A stretch of DNA of 64,000 bases from Candidatus Marinacidobacterium sp. (GCA_965220965.1 CBDCRI010000001.1:128001-192000), one strand, 5' to 3'; positions 39,056-49,307 are shown, counted from the stretch's first letter. Translations and numbers: made by a program. The notes: generated from the letters alone by a model not told the origin.

Positions 39056-39073
39056 ATGGTATAATGCATGTGT
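39056..39073 (+). promoter_or_regulatory. Extended -10 promoter ATGGTATAATGCATGTGT
   Basis: Identical to 10097-10114. Confidence 0.75.
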
Positions 39074-39103
39074 CACGCATTGGAGCAACGGAGTCCCCCC
39101 CCC

Positions 39104-40159
39104 ATGTCCGCATTCGAGGCCCGCATCCACGCCCTCGCCGTGGAGCCCCACCCCAACGCCGACCGGCTCGAGCTGGCCGCGGTCGGCGGCTATCGCTGCG
39201 TGGTCGGCAAGGGCCAGTTCGCCGACGGCGACCTGGCGGCCTACATCCCGGAGGGCGCGCTGTGCCCGGACTGGCTCATCGCGGACCTCGGCCTGGAGGG
39301 CAAGCTGGCCGGCCCGGAGGCCAACCGCGTCAAGGCATTGGTCCTGCGCGGGGCGCTCTCCGAAGGGCTGGTGTACCCGGTGCGGGAGGGACGCCTGCGC
39401 GGCCGTGCGGTGGCGGTCGGCGACGACGTGACCGAGCTGCTCGAGATCGAGAAGTACGTGCCGCCCATCCCGGTGCACATGTCGGGCCAAGTCAGGGCCG
39501 TCCACGGGGCCACGCTCAAGTACGACATTGAGCCCTACAAGAGGCACCTGGGCGTCCTGCGGGAGGGGGAGCCGGTGTGCATCACCGAAAAGCTGCACGG
39601 CACCTGGTGCTGCCTGGGCGTCCATCCCGCGCACGGCCCCATCGTCACCTCCAAGGGGCTGTCCGGCCGCGGGCTGGCCTTCGACCTTGACGAAGCGGCG
39701 GGCAACGCCGACAACCTGTACGTCAAGGCATGGCGTCGGCTGGAGGGGAGCATCCGAGCGCTCGCCGACGAGTTCGGCGCCCCCGTCCACGTTCTGGGCG
39801 AGGTCTTCGGCAAGGGCGTTCAGGACCTGCACTACGGGCGCCAGGCGCCCGACTTCGCGGCGTTCGACGTCCACGTGGGCGAGCCGGGGGAGGGGCGCTA
39901 CCTCGACGCCGCGGAGTTCCGCCCAGCGGTCGCCCGCCACGGCCTGGAGCCCGTCCCCGTCCTCCACGAAGGGCCTTTCTCGCATGACGCGCTCATGGCG
40001 TGCGTGGACGGGGGCACCAGCTTCGGCGCCGGGCACATCCGCGAGGGGGCGGTGGTCCGCCCGGCGGCGGAGCGGCGGGATCCGGCGATCGGGCGCGTGC
40101 TGCTCAAGTGCACGTCCGGCGGCTACCTGACCCGCCGCGGGGGCACCGAGCACGCCTAG
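39104..40159 (+). CDS. ATP-dependent RNA ligase (DRB0094/Rnl2-like family)
   Basis: HPNADRLELA N-domain, TEKLHGT motif I, GEVFG, FDV, REGAV, LLK. Confidence 0.93.
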   Translation: MSAFEARIHALAVEPHPNADRLELAAVGGYRCVVGKGQFADGDLAAYIPEGALCPDWLIADLGLEGKLAGPEANRVKALVLRGALSEGLVYPVREGRLRGRAVAVGDDVTELLEIEKYVPPIPVHMSGQVRAVHGATLKYDIEPYKRHLGVLREGEPVCITEKLHGTWCCLGVHPAHGPIVTSKGLSGRGLAFDLDEAAGNADNLYVKAWRRLEGSIRALADEFGAPVHVLGEVFGKGVQDLHYGRQAPDFAAFDVHVGEPGEGRYLDAAEFRPAVARHGLEPVPVLHEGPFSHDALMACVDGGTSFGAGHIREGAVVRPAAERRDPAIGRVLLKCTSGGYLTRRGGTEHA

Positions 40160-40256
40160 GTACCCTGCCCCCGAGCGGTCCCAACCAACCCGGGCGCGAG
40201 TTCCTATATTCGGCCCGAAGCCCTCCGCCCGGGAGGGCGCGCTTGCAGGAGGGGCC

Positions 40257-41285
40257 ATGGAAGACAGCCATGTCGAATCGAGCGAGGTCAAGGACGCGCG
40301 CGTCAGGCACGCGAAGGCGGCGGCCGCCGCGCACGAGGCGCTGCTCGATGCCATTCACGCCGCGTTCGGCGACAGTCCCCCGCATGGCCGGCTATGCGTG
40401 CATTGGGACGGGTTCGGCGACCATGGCTGCGTTGACGCCGTCGACTGGGGGTTCCCGGACCCCGCCGAGGAGGCCGACGCTGAGTCCCTCACTTGCATCA
40501 TCGACGAAAAGGCGGAAAGGCCGCCGTCTTCGGTGACGGAGGCGGCCATGAATTTCGTCCACAGGTTGATCGACTTTGATCGGTGGCTTCGGGACATGGA
40601 GGTCGGCGCAGGCGGCGACATCGCCTTCATCCTCGACTGCGTCTCGGGCCGCGTCTCCGTGAGTGCCCGGCGCTGGGTGGTCAAGCTTAGAGCGCTCGAC
40701 CCCCGCGCCGAGCGTAGCTGGTTTCTGCCAGTTAAAAAGCTCGAAGGAGAGGGTTTCGAGGAGCCTCGGCTCGGGCTCGACAGTGGCGGCGCGCAAGCCA
40801 TCGCCCGCCTCGAGCACGGGGTGTCAAAATCCCTGCGCGCAGCCATCGGGGGCCGCTGGGCGCACCGCCGGTGGGACAGGCTTGCGTGGGATGGCCTCGG
40901 GGTGACCTACGTTTTCGGCAGGATGGGCGACAAACTCTTCATCCACAGTTTGCACTTCCATCCACCGGCAGTCGGGATCAGAGGGCGGGGGCCGGCGTTG
41001 GAGGACTTGGTGATGGACGTAATCGATGAGTGGGGCATCGACCGGGTCTGCACTGACCCGGCCGCACGGTCAGGCGATGACCGGCCCCGCAGCGAGAACT
41101 CCTTTGCGACCATCGGCGTTCGGCTTCCGATCAACGCGAAGGCCCGCTCCGCGGCCGTCACCATCACGCGCGACATCAAGAAAGTGGTGTATCAGCTGGA
41201 GCAGTTCTACACCCGCGACCCGCTGCCGTCCTCGTCCTACTACCGCCCGAGGGTGGCTAGCGCCCCGGCGGGCCCTGGCCTCTGA
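40257..41285 (+). CDS. DUF6878-like paralog 1
   Basis: VHWDGFGDHG motif; clear homology to the downstream paralogs. Confidence 0.7.
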   Translation: MEDSHVESSEVKDARVRHAKAAAAAHEALLDAIHAAFGDSPPHGRLCVHWDGFGDHGCVDAVDWGFPDPAEEADAESLTCIIDEKAERPPSSVTEAAMNFVHRLIDFDRWLRDMEVGAGGDIAFILDCVSGRVSVSARRWVVKLRALDPRAERSWFLPVKKLEGEGFEEPRLGLDSGGAQAIARLEHGVSKSLRAAIGGRWAHRRWDRLAWDGLGVTYVFGRMGDKLFIHSLHFHPPAVGIRGRGPALEDLVMDVIDEWGIDRVCTDPAARSGDDRPRSENSFATIGVRLPINAKARSAAVTITRDIKKVVYQLEQFYTRDPLPSSSYYRPRVASAPAGPGL

Positions 41286-41588
41286 AGCCAGCTGCGGCAA
41301 CCGCGGGGGGAGCGTCCCGCCGGATCGGTGTGGACGGCTGGGAACCCGGCATTTCCGAGCTGCCCGACGCAGGGCGGCGGCCTTGACAAGGCGTTTTCTC
41401 CGGCGCCAGATCGACGCGGACGGCCAGCCAGGGGTTCGGCTTCGCGGCGCTGGAGCCTCAAGCGGGAGCGCCGGGGAAGGGCGCCTCCCTCGACGGCGCC
41501 GACTTCCGCGCAGGGGCCGCCCCACGGCGCAGTGGCACGATCCGGCGGCCACCTGACACGCCGCGGTGCGCCGGGCCGGCCTGACGCA

Positions 41589-41677
41589 CGCGGGGCCAAC
41601 CCACGGCGGCTTCCTATAATCGACGCGATGTCCCCCCGAAGGGGCGGGCGCCTTTGCAGGAGGGGATTGTGGACGAC
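41589..41677 (+). repeat. Duplicated promoter-hairpin-RBS cassette, copy 1
   Basis: Near-identical to 42833-42919; TATAAT, CCCCGAAGGGG hairpin, GGAGG. Confidence 0.85.
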
Positions 41678-42697
41678 GGCCAGGCCGCAGCGAGAGAAAC
41701 GAGGAGCGCGCGCGCGAAGGAGGCGGACGACGCGCACAAGGCGCTGCTGGATGCCATTGGCGCCACCTACCGGGGCGGCGCCCCGCATGAACGGCTTTGC
41801 GTGCATTGGGACGGGTTCGGCGACCAAGGCTGGGTTGACGCCGTCGCCTGGGGGGTCCCGGACCCCGCCGAGGAGGCCGGCGCAGCGCCGCTCACGTGCA
41901 TCATCGACGAGAAGGCGGAGAGGCCGCCGCCTTCGGTGACGGAGGCGGCCACGAATTTCGCCTACCTGGCGATGTCCGCGCACCCGGCGGAGCTTAAGGG
42001 CTTGTGCGACAACGACGGCGGCGACGTCTCCCTCGTCCTCGACTGCGCCTCGGGCCGCGCCACCGTGAATTCGCGCCGCCGGGAGAGGCAGCTAAAGGCG
42101 CTCGACCCCAACGCCGCCCGCGCCGCCAGCCTGCCCCTCAACGCGCTCGACGGCACGCCCGGCGAGGCGCGCGCGCTGGGGCTTTTCAGCGGCGGCGCGC
42201 AAGCGGTCGCGGACCTCGGGCGCGGGCTGTCACGCACCCTGCGCTCCCTCGTCCCAGCCTCAAAGCAGGCCCTCGCGGAGGATGTGGCCCGGGAGGGCAT
42301 CGCGGTCAGGTACCTGTTCAGCGCGGAGAGCGGCAGAGGCGTCATCGAGGAGATCATGACCCCCTCCCCGCTGAGGGGTGACGAGAATGACGGGGACTTC
42401 CAGTGGTGGAGTTCCCACTGGTGCGACCTGGTGGACGAACTGATGGATAAGGGGGGCATCGACGACGTCTGCACCGGCCTCGCCGACCGGGCCGGCCACG
42501 AATGGACCCGAAAGGAAGGCTGCCTTTTGTCCATCGAGATGCGCTTTCCGATCGACCCGGAAGCCGACGGCGCGGCCGTCGCCATCACGCGCGAGGTCGT
42601 GAAGTGGGAGAGCTCGTTCGAGGACATCGCCACCTTCGACATGCCGCCGCGCGACCGACCGCGGGCGGCCAGCTCCCCGGACGGCCCTGGCCTGTGA
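41669..42697 (+). CDS. DUF6878-like paralog 2
   Basis: VHWDGFGDQG, DNDGG, GIDDVCTGLADRAG. Confidence 0.75.
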   Translation: MDDGQAAARETRSARAKEADDAHKALLDAIGATYRGGAPHERLCVHWDGFGDQGWVDAVAWGVPDPAEEAGAAPLTCIIDEKAERPPPSVTEAATNFAYLAMSAHPAELKGLCDNDGGDVSLVLDCASGRATVNSRRRERQLKALDPNAARAASLPLNALDGTPGEARALGLFSGGAQAVADLGRGLSRTLRSLVPASKQALAEDVAREGIAVRYLFSAESGRGVIEEIMTPSPLRGDENDGDFQWWSSHWCDLVDELMDKGGIDDVCTGLADRAGHEWTRKEGCLLSIEMRFPIDPEADGAAVAITREVVKWESSFEDIATFDMPPRDRPRAASSPDGPGL

Positions 42698-42832
42698 CAT
42701 CCGCCGCTGCAACCGCAGGCGGCTGGGCGGGGCGGACGGGCCGGCGACTGGCCGCGTGCCGCCCAAGCGCACGCGCGGCGGTCTCCTGACCCGCCGCGGG
42801 GGCGCCGCGACCGCCTGACGCCCGCGACGCCG

Positions 42833-42919
42833 CGCGGGGCCAACCCACGGCGGCTTTCTATAATCGACGCAACGCCCCCGAAGGGGAGGGCGCCTTTGCA
42901 GGAGGGGAACGTGGACGAC
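42833..42919 (+). repeat. Duplicated promoter-hairpin-RBS cassette, copy 2
   Basis: Near-identical to 41589-41677. Confidence 0.85.
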
Positions 42920-43951
42920 AGCCAGACCGCAGCAAGCGCGGCCAGCGACCGGCGCGCCGAGGAGGCGGCGGAGGCCGCGCGCGACGCGCTGCTCGATGCC
43001 ATTCGCGCCGCTTTCGGCAACCACCCCCCGCATGAGCGGCTTTGCGTCCATTGGGACGGGTTCGGCGACAATGGGGCGGTTGACCTAGCCGCCTGGGGCC
43101 GCGCGGATCCCGCCGAGGATGCCGACCCCAAGACGCTCACCTGCCACCTTTGCGAAGAGCCCGAGCCCATGCCGCCCTCGGTGGAGGAGCGGGCGATGGA
43201 CTTCGCCCTCCTTGCGATCGATGCGCACGAGGAGCTCCACCACTTCGGGGACGGCGACGGCGGCGTCATCGACGTCATCCTCGACTGCCGCTCAGGCCGG
43301 GCCACCGTGGATGCCCAGCGCAGGGAGGCCCGGCTCCAAGTGCCGGACACCAGCGCCATCAGGAACGCAAGGCTGCCCCTGGACGCCCCGGAGGCGCCGA
43401 ACGGCGAGTGGGCCAAGCTCGGGCTCAGCGACCGCGGCGCAAAAGCCATCAGGAGCTTTGCGCGCGGGGTGTCCAGCGACCTGCGCGCCGGCGTCGAGGC
43501 CGTCAGGGCGGGGCTCTGGGAGGAGCTTGCCGAAGAGCGCATCGTGGTGCGGTACTGCTTCAACGGTGAGGGCGACGAAGGCATGCTGGAGGACGTCGAG
43601 GCCCTCCCCACGCCAAGGTTCTGGGCGGATGATGGGCTCCGTCAGCAGTGGCATGCCGAGTGGGCGGGCATGGTGTTCCGGCGCATCGGGAAGATGGGCA
43701 TCGACGACGTCTGCACCGGCCTCGCCGACCGGGCCGGCTGGGACTGGAGCAGCAACCACGGCGGAGCCCTGTGGATCGAGCTGCGGCTGCCGCTGGACGC
43801 GAGCGCCGAGGAGGCGGCCGTCGAGATCGCCCGGGTGGTCCAGATCAGGACGTACCCCTTGGTGGACGACCTGACCTTTGACATGTCGCCCGGCCCCCCG
43901 CCGCAACCCCAGGAGGAGCGCCATGCCGGACCGGCTTCCGGACCGCAGTGA
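42911..43951 (+). CDS. DUF6878-like paralog 3 (two domains)
   Basis: WDGFGDNG and FNGEGDEG; WSSNHGG. Confidence 0.75.
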   Translation: MDDSQTAASAASDRRAEEAAEAARDALLDAIRAAFGNHPPHERLCVHWDGFGDNGAVDLAAWGRADPAEDADPKTLTCHLCEEPEPMPPSVEERAMDFALLAIDAHEELHHFGDGDGGVIDVILDCRSGRATVDAQRREARLQVPDTSAIRNARLPLDAPEAPNGEWAKLGLSDRGAKAIRSFARGVSSDLRAGVEAVRAGLWEELAEERIVVRYCFNGEGDEGMLEDVEALPTPRFWADDGLRQQWHAEWAGMVFRRIGKMGIDDVCTGLADRAGWDWSSNHGGALWIELRLPLDASAEEAAVEIARVVQIRTYPLVDDLTFDMSPGPPPQPQEERHAGPASGPQ

Positions 43952-44468
43952 CAGCGAGCTTGCCGAGCTGAATGACGTCCGGCGGCGGCTTTGCGCCGCA
44001 GTGCTCGATGAGGCCGCTCCGCTCGGCCTCGACCACGCCGAGGCGCGCCTGGTCCTGGAATGGTCGGGCCACGGCGACTCGGGCTGCCTCGAGAAGGCCT
44101 ACTTCCAGCGACGCTCCGGCGGCGATGGGCCGGCGGGGCCGTGGGCGGACCTGGGCAGCATCGACCTCTCCGAGACCACGGCGTGCATGGCCGACGATTT
44201 CCTGACCCGCCTTGTCTGCCACTTCCCCGAAACGGAAGGTCTTGAGATGCACGACGGCGGCGGCCTCAGGGCCGCCCTCGACCTGCGCGACGGGACCTGC
44301 GAGGCCACCGCGGGATTCGGCTTGTGCGAGTGGGACGTTGCGGCCATCGACGCAATCGAGTTCGACGGGCGCTTGCCCCCCGATCCCGAGATCGCCGCGG
44401 CCTTCCGGCGGGCGGAGCGCGCCAAGCCGGGGCGAGAAGGCCCGCGCCCGCCCGGCGTCGCGACCTGA
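43923..44468 (+). CDS. DUF6878-like paralog 4 (single domain)
   Basis: EWSGHGDSG, EMHDGGG, FDGRLPPDPEIA tail. Confidence 0.75.
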   Translation: MPDRLPDRSDSELAELNDVRRRLCAAVLDEAAPLGLDHAEARLVLEWSGHGDSGCLEKAYFQRRSGGDGPAGPWADLGSIDLSETTACMADDFLTRLVCHFPETEGLEMHDGGGLRAALDLRDGTCEATAGFGLCEWDVAAIDAIEFDGRLPPDPEIAAAFRRAERAKPGREGPRPPGVAT

Positions 44469-44480
44469 CCGGAGACGAGC

Positions 44481-45491
44481 ATGCCGATGACGAAGGAGGA
44501 GCGCTGGAGCAGGAACCGCGACGAGATGGTCGCCGCCCGGCGGCGGCTTTGCGCCGCCGTGCTCGAGGAGGCCGCCCAGCACGACCTCGGCCGGGCGCGC
44601 CTGCTCCTTGAGTGGTCCGGGCTCGGCGACGAGGGCACCTTGGACTTCATGGAGTTCAGGCCCTGGCCGTCCGGGACGCCGACCGGCCCCGACCTCCCGC
44701 GCATCCGCCTCTCCCCCTCGACCCGCAGCCTCGCCAGCGACTTCGTGGACCGCCTGGTCAACCACTTCCCCGAAACCGAGGGGCTGGACAACGAGTGCGG
44801 CGGCCACTTCCGGTGCGCGCTCGACGTGCGCGACGGCGCCTGCGAGTCGACCGCGGAAGCCAACCAGGAGGCGGAGGACGTGCAGGTTCAGCGCGTCGAC
44901 TCCGACCGCGTGGCCCATCCCTGGTCCCTGCTGCCGACGCTCACCGGACCCATGGCGGTGCCGATGGTGCAGGCCCAGGCCATCGTCGGCTTCTGCGCCG
45001 GCCTCGGGGGCCAGCTGGCCGAGGGGGGCGCCCTGGCCGAGGCCACGTCGGGCCTCGAGGAGGTCACGATACTGGTGTTGTACTCCGGGGGCGGCGACGA
45101 AGGCGAGCTTGAGTCGGTGTCGGTCGAGGACGCCAAGCGCATCCCGGGCGTTGGGGCGGCATCCCTGATGGACGCCCTCGACGCCGTCGACTCGGCCATC
45201 CGCAAGCTCCTCACCCCCGAGCTCGAGGAGGCGCTCTGCAAGGCCGCCCGGGATTGCGGCCATGACGTCGTCCATGACCTCGGTGGGTACGTGCACCTCC
45301 AACTGACCCTGCCCGGCCCCCGGGCCGCCAATCCCGGCTACAGCCTGAGCCGGGTCGTCTACAACTGGGAGGAGTCCTCCCGGGAGGTTGAGTTCAACGG
45401 CCGACTGCCGGCCGACCCCGAGATCGCCGCGCACTTCGCGCGCGGGCGCTCGCCCGACGCGGACCCCGGCGCCCCCGGCCCGGCCCCCTGA
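44481..45491 (+). CDS. DUF6878-like paralog 5 (two domains)
   Basis: EWSGLGDEG and YSGGGDEG; FNGRLPADPEIA tail. Confidence 0.75.
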   Translation: MPMTKEERWSRNRDEMVAARRRLCAAVLEEAAQHDLGRARLLLEWSGLGDEGTLDFMEFRPWPSGTPTGPDLPRIRLSPSTRSLASDFVDRLVNHFPETEGLDNECGGHFRCALDVRDGACESTAEANQEAEDVQVQRVDSDRVAHPWSLLPTLTGPMAVPMVQAQAIVGFCAGLGGQLAEGGALAEATSGLEEVTILVLYSGGGDEGELESVSVEDAKRIPGVGAASLMDALDAVDSAIRKLLTPELEEALCKAARDCGHDVVHDLGGYVHLQLTLPGPRAANPGYSLSRVVYNWEESSREVEFNGRLPADPEIAAHFARGRSPDADPGAPGPAP

Positions 45492-45560
45492 ATGCAAGCG
45501 AGGCCGGAGCCGCAAGCCGCTTGCCGCTCCGGCGCAGAGCAGGGCCGACAGGAGACAGCC

Positions 45561-46619
45561 ATGCAAAACGCGCTTCGGCATCCCAAGGAAACGAATGCGA
45601 GCGACCCGCTCTTCATGCGGCGCGAACTGTGCGCCGCGGCGCTCGAGGACGCGGCCTTCCTCGGCCTCGACCTCGGCCGGACGCGACTGAACCTCGAGTG
45701 GACGGGCCGTGGAGGCTGCAGCCACATGGAGGACGTCTACTTGCTCGTCCGGCCCGCCGGCGGCGTGGCGGGAGAGGCCCCTCACGCCAGCCTTCTCCGC
45801 GACTCCCTCTCCGAGCGGACCCGAAGCCTTGCCAGCGGCTTCCTAGGCGCCTTGGTGGGACGGTTTCCGGAAACCCGGCACCTGGACCAAGGCGACGGCG
45901 GGGAATTCGAGGCCTGGCTTGACCTGCGCTCCGGGTCGGGCCATGCGTCCGCATGGTCCAGGCAGAGCCAGCTTCGGCAAGTCGAGATGCTGGCCACGGC
46001 GCCGTCGGCCAGCCCAATCAGCTTGGGCCAGGCGCTTTCCGGGCCGATGGGCGTCGCGCCAAGGCACGCGAGGGCGGTGGCCCGGTTCTGCGCGCGTCTC
46101 GGGCGGCAACTCGGCGACGGGGGCGAGCTGGCCATGGCGGTCCCCGAACTTGCGGAGATCGAGATATTGGCCGAGTTCGAGGCCTGGGGCGAGACGGGCG
46201 AACTGGAGTCCGTGGAGGTGGATCCCGCCGGAAAGTCCTTCGCGGCTGCCGACCCGCGGGCCGTGCGCGAAGCCATGCCTGCGGTTAACGCCGCCATTCA
46301 CGAGCTGCTCACCTGCGAGGAGGAGGAGGCGTTGTGCCAAGTGGCCCTGAGCACGCAATGCGGCGCGGTCAGCGAGGACGGGGAGTTCGGGCGCGTTGCC
46401 GTCCGAATGGTGCTGCCCACCGCCCACGCGCCCGAACCATGCTACCGCGTGAGCCGGCAGGTCCTGCACGTGGAGGACGTCCACACCCCGATCCCCTTCG
46501 ACGGCCGGCTGCCGGCCGACCCGGAGATCGCCGCGCGCTTCGCGCGGCCGGAGCGCGCCCACGCGGCGGGCGGACGCTTGGACGGCCCTGGCCGCAGCAG
46601 GCGCGGCCTTGCACCCTGA
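45561..46619 (+). CDS. DUF6878-like paralog 6 (two degenerate domains)
   Basis: EWTGRGGCS and FEAWGETG; FDGRLPADPEIA tail. Confidence 0.72.
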   Translation: MQNALRHPKETNASDPLFMRRELCAAALEDAAFLGLDLGRTRLNLEWTGRGGCSHMEDVYLLVRPAGGVAGEAPHASLLRDSLSERTRSLASGFLGALVGRFPETRHLDQGDGGEFEAWLDLRSGSGHASAWSRQSQLRQVEMLATAPSASPISLGQALSGPMGVAPRHARAVARFCARLGRQLGDGGELAMAVPELAEIEILAEFEAWGETGELESVEVDPAGKSFAAADPRAVREAMPAVNAAIHELLTCEEEEALCQVALSTQCGAVSEDGEFGRVAVRMVLPTAHAPEPCYRVSRQVLHVEDVHTPIPFDGRLPADPEIAARFARPERAHAAGGRLDGPGRSRRGLAP

Positions 46620-47835
46620 GGCCCGCGTGGCGGCGTACGAGAAGCGCCCGCGGGCGCGGCGGCGCAGCCCGCGCGTGCTGAGCCTGTTCTCCGGCGCCGG
46701 GGGCCTCGACCTCGGCTTCATCCAAGCCGGCTTCGTCCCAGTCGGCGCCTACGACATCTGCCCGGCGGCGGTCGCGGCCTACCGGAGCAACATCTGCGCT
46801 GACGCGCACGTCCTCGACCTGTCCGACAGCGCGCCGGACCCGGATGGCGTCCCGGACGTCGTGGTCGCCGGCGCCCCGTGCCAGGGCCACTCAACGATCG
46901 GCGCGCGCCGGCTTAACGACCCGCGCAACGCGCTCTTCCCGCGCGCCGCCAAGCTGGCGGTACGCCTGTCCCCGCAGGCCATCGTGCTCGAGAACGTCCC
47001 GGGCCTGCTCGCCGGGCGGCACAGAGGCTACTACGACGCGGCGGCCGAGCTGCTCCGCGAGGCCGGCTACGCCGTTCGCCACGTCGGCCTGGCCGCCGAG
47101 GCGGCGGGGCTGCCGCAGCGCCGCAAGCGCATCTTCCTGGTCGGCACGCACTCCGACCGACCGCTGGCCGTTCGAGCCGGTCCCGCCGCGCCGTCCCTAG
47201 GGCAGGCGATCGCCAACTGCGACGGCCTGCCCAACCACGAGCCGCGGCTGCTGCGGCCGGGAACGGACGCCCACCGCATCGCCAGCGCCATCGCCCCCGG
47301 GCAGAAGCTGTGCGACGTCCGCGCAGGCCCAGCTTCGGTGCACTCCTGGGACATTCCCGGCGTGTTCGGCGCGACCACCCGAAGCGAGCGCCGCCTGCTC
47401 GTGGAGGTCATGCGCCTGCGCCGGCGCCTTCGGCGGCGGCCGAACGGGGACGCCGACCCCGTCCAGGCGCCGGAGCTGGGGAAGCGGCTCGGAGCGGGCT
47501 TCCTCGGGGATGCCCACGCGCTGGTCGGGAAGGGCTACCTCGTGCGCTCCGGCGACTGCATCGACCTGTCCAGGCGGTTCAACGGCAAGTTCCGCCGGCT
47601 CGACGCCGAGGGCCTGTCCAACGCCGTGGACACGCGCTTCGGCGACCCGCGCTGCTTCCTCCACCCGGTGGAGCAGCGCGGGCTCAGCGTGCGTGAGGCG
47701 GCCCGAATCCAAGGTCTTCCAGACGGCTTCATCCTAGCCGGAAGCCTTGCCGAGCAGTTCCGGATGGTCGGCAACGCCGTCCCGCCCCCCATGGCCAAGG
47801 CGGTCGCGCTGGCGGTTCTGCAGACACTTCGCTGA
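46609..47835 (+). CDS. DNA cytosine-C5 methyltransferase
   Basis: FSGAGG, GAPCQ, ENV, Q.R.R, REAARIQG, GNAVPP. Confidence 0.93.
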   Translation: MHPEARVAAYEKRPRARRRSPRVLSLFSGAGGLDLGFIQAGFVPVGAYDICPAAVAAYRSNICADAHVLDLSDSAPDPDGVPDVVVAGAPCQGHSTIGARRLNDPRNALFPRAAKLAVRLSPQAIVLENVPGLLAGRHRGYYDAAAELLREAGYAVRHVGLAAEAAGLPQRRKRIFLVGTHSDRPLAVRAGPAAPSLGQAIANCDGLPNHEPRLLRPGTDAHRIASAIAPGQKLCDVRAGPASVHSWDIPGVFGATTRSERRLLVEVMRLRRRLRRRPNGDADPVQAPELGKRLGAGFLGDAHALVGKGYLVRSGDCIDLSRRFNGKFRRLDAEGLSNAVDTRFGDPRCFLHPVEQRGLSVREAARIQGLPDGFILAGSLAEQFRMVGNAVPPPMAKAVALAVLQTLR

Positions 47836-47868
47836 CGACATGAGGCCGGCACGCGCGGTCGTGCGGCG

Positions 47869-48675
47869 TCAGCGGCCTGGGCCGCACCCCCCGTTCGATG
47901 GCGAAGGCGGCTCGGGCGCGCTCTCCGGGCTAGGCTGCGGAGGGGTGAGGACGGCGGCCGCCAAGTCGGCGAAGGCGCCCCATGGGTCGCGGGCCAGGTC
48001 CTTGTGCGCGGCTTCCATCAAGGGGCGCCCCAAGATAATCCGAGACGACGAAGCCCTTATCTGCTCAAGCACCAGCGCCAGCTCGCTGTGGTGGCTCTCC
48101 TTTGCCGCCAAGACCAGCGCCTCCGCCACGCCGGGCTCGTGCCGGAACATGCAGCACAGGTCATACCCGTCGCGGACCAGCAGCTTTCCGCCGTGGATGA
48201 CGCGGCCGATGAGCTTGCCCTCCAGTATGCCGGCGGTCGGCGCAAGCGCGATTCCAGTGTCCTCCTCCCGGTCCATGCCGTCCGTGTCGAGCGGCTTCCT
48301 GGCAGCGGACAGGCTCACGGGTCCGCTGTCCGTGTACGACCACGACGCCACTTGCCTGCCCACGCGGAAGCTTCGCTTCACGAGGCCCTCGGCGGCCAGC
48401 CGGCCCAGCTCCAGGCGGAGCTCAGCGCGTGCGCGTCCGACGAAGCGGCCAGCGAGTTCCGCGTTCATTGCGAGGTCTATGTCCGTGCTGCGCCTGTGTC
48501 CCCAGCGCATGGCCAGCGCGGTGCCGCCGCCGAGGCGCAGGTTGCGGAGCTCGTCCGGGGCCATCATCGCGTCAAGCAGCCGCCCCGCCCTGAGCAGGGA
48601 GAGCTTCGGCTTCCCCTCAAGGCGGAACGTGCGCGGCTGACGGTCCTTAGACGCCGACAAGGCCAGGCTCCCCAT
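47869..48675 (-). CDS. AbiEii-like nucleotidyltransferase toxin
   Basis: LGGGTALAMRWGHRRSTDIDL; RDGYDL. Confidence 0.85.
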   Translation of the reverse strand: MGSLALSASKDRQPRTFRLEGKPKLSLLRAGRLLDAMMAPDELRNLRLGGGTALAMRWGHRRSTDIDLAMNAELAGRFVGRARAELRLELGRLAAEGLVKRSFRVGRQVASWSYTDSGPVSLSAARKPLDTDGMDREEDTGIALAPTAGILEGKLIGRVIHGGKLLVRDGYDLCCMFRHEPGVAEALVLAAKESHHSELALVLEQIRASSSRIILGRPLMEAAHKDLARDPWGAFADLAAAVLTPPQPSPESAPEPPSPSNGGCGPGR

Positions 48676-49093
48676 CCAGGTTCGCCATGCGCCTGTCCCA
48701 TTCGGGATCCTCGCCCAGGTCCGTGACCGGCACTTCGGGGCATGCGAAGGTGATGAGGTTGTTCCAGATCCGGTTCCGGTCGCCGTTGCAGCGGACCACC
48801 AGCCTCGCGACCTGGCCCATGCTTGCGCGCCCGTCGAACAGCGCCCTTCGGGCCTCGTCGGCGTCCATGTTCAGGAGCGCCTCCTGTAGGGCAAAGCGCC
48901 GGTCTGCGTCCGGGGCGTCGCCGGCCCTCGCCCACAGGATGAAATCCCGCTCACTGATGTCGACGGGGCAGCCGGCGAGGTGCTTCTCCAAAGCCAGCCC
49001 GAGCTCCCCGACGCCGGTTTGGGTCTCCCGCGGCTCGTCATCGTAGGGTGCGTCCAAGGCAACGTCCTGCACCTGTCGGCGAAGCGTCTTCAT
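48647..49093 (-). CDS. Putative antitoxin partner of the AbiEii-like gene
   Basis: 148-aa ORF overlapping the toxin start; GGAG RBS and TACAAT upstream. Confidence 0.55.
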   Translation of the reverse strand: MKTLRRQVQDVALDAPYDDEPRETQTGVGELGLALEKHLAGCPVDISERDFILWARAGDAPDADRRFALQEALLNMDADEARRALFDGRASMGQVARLVVRCNGDRNRIWNNLITFACPEVPVTDLGEDPEWDRRMANLDGEPGLVGV

Positions 49094-49307
49094 GTGCGTT
49101 CTCCCTAGTCGTCCTGCATCTTGAAGCGCCCATTGTAAGGCCTGCGGGAAGCGCGTTGGGGGAAGTTCCTGCCTTCCCGGATCGCGCGGGCGCTGCTGGC
49201 TTGCCGCTTGACGCCCCGTTCGCGAAGTCGCCCCCGTCCGCGCCGGCCCGGAGGCCGACGCGCTTTCTACAATCGCCGCATGACAGACAAGAGCGGGGCC
49301 AGGGCGG

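Noticed and set aside
43254-43285. Partial match of array C spacer 12 (GGCGGCGTCATCGA) to DUF6878-like paralog 3
   Set aside because: Only 14 contiguous GC-rich bases, with seed mismatches and an unmatched 3' part; probably chance. No convincing self-target was seen by eye, though this needs a computed search
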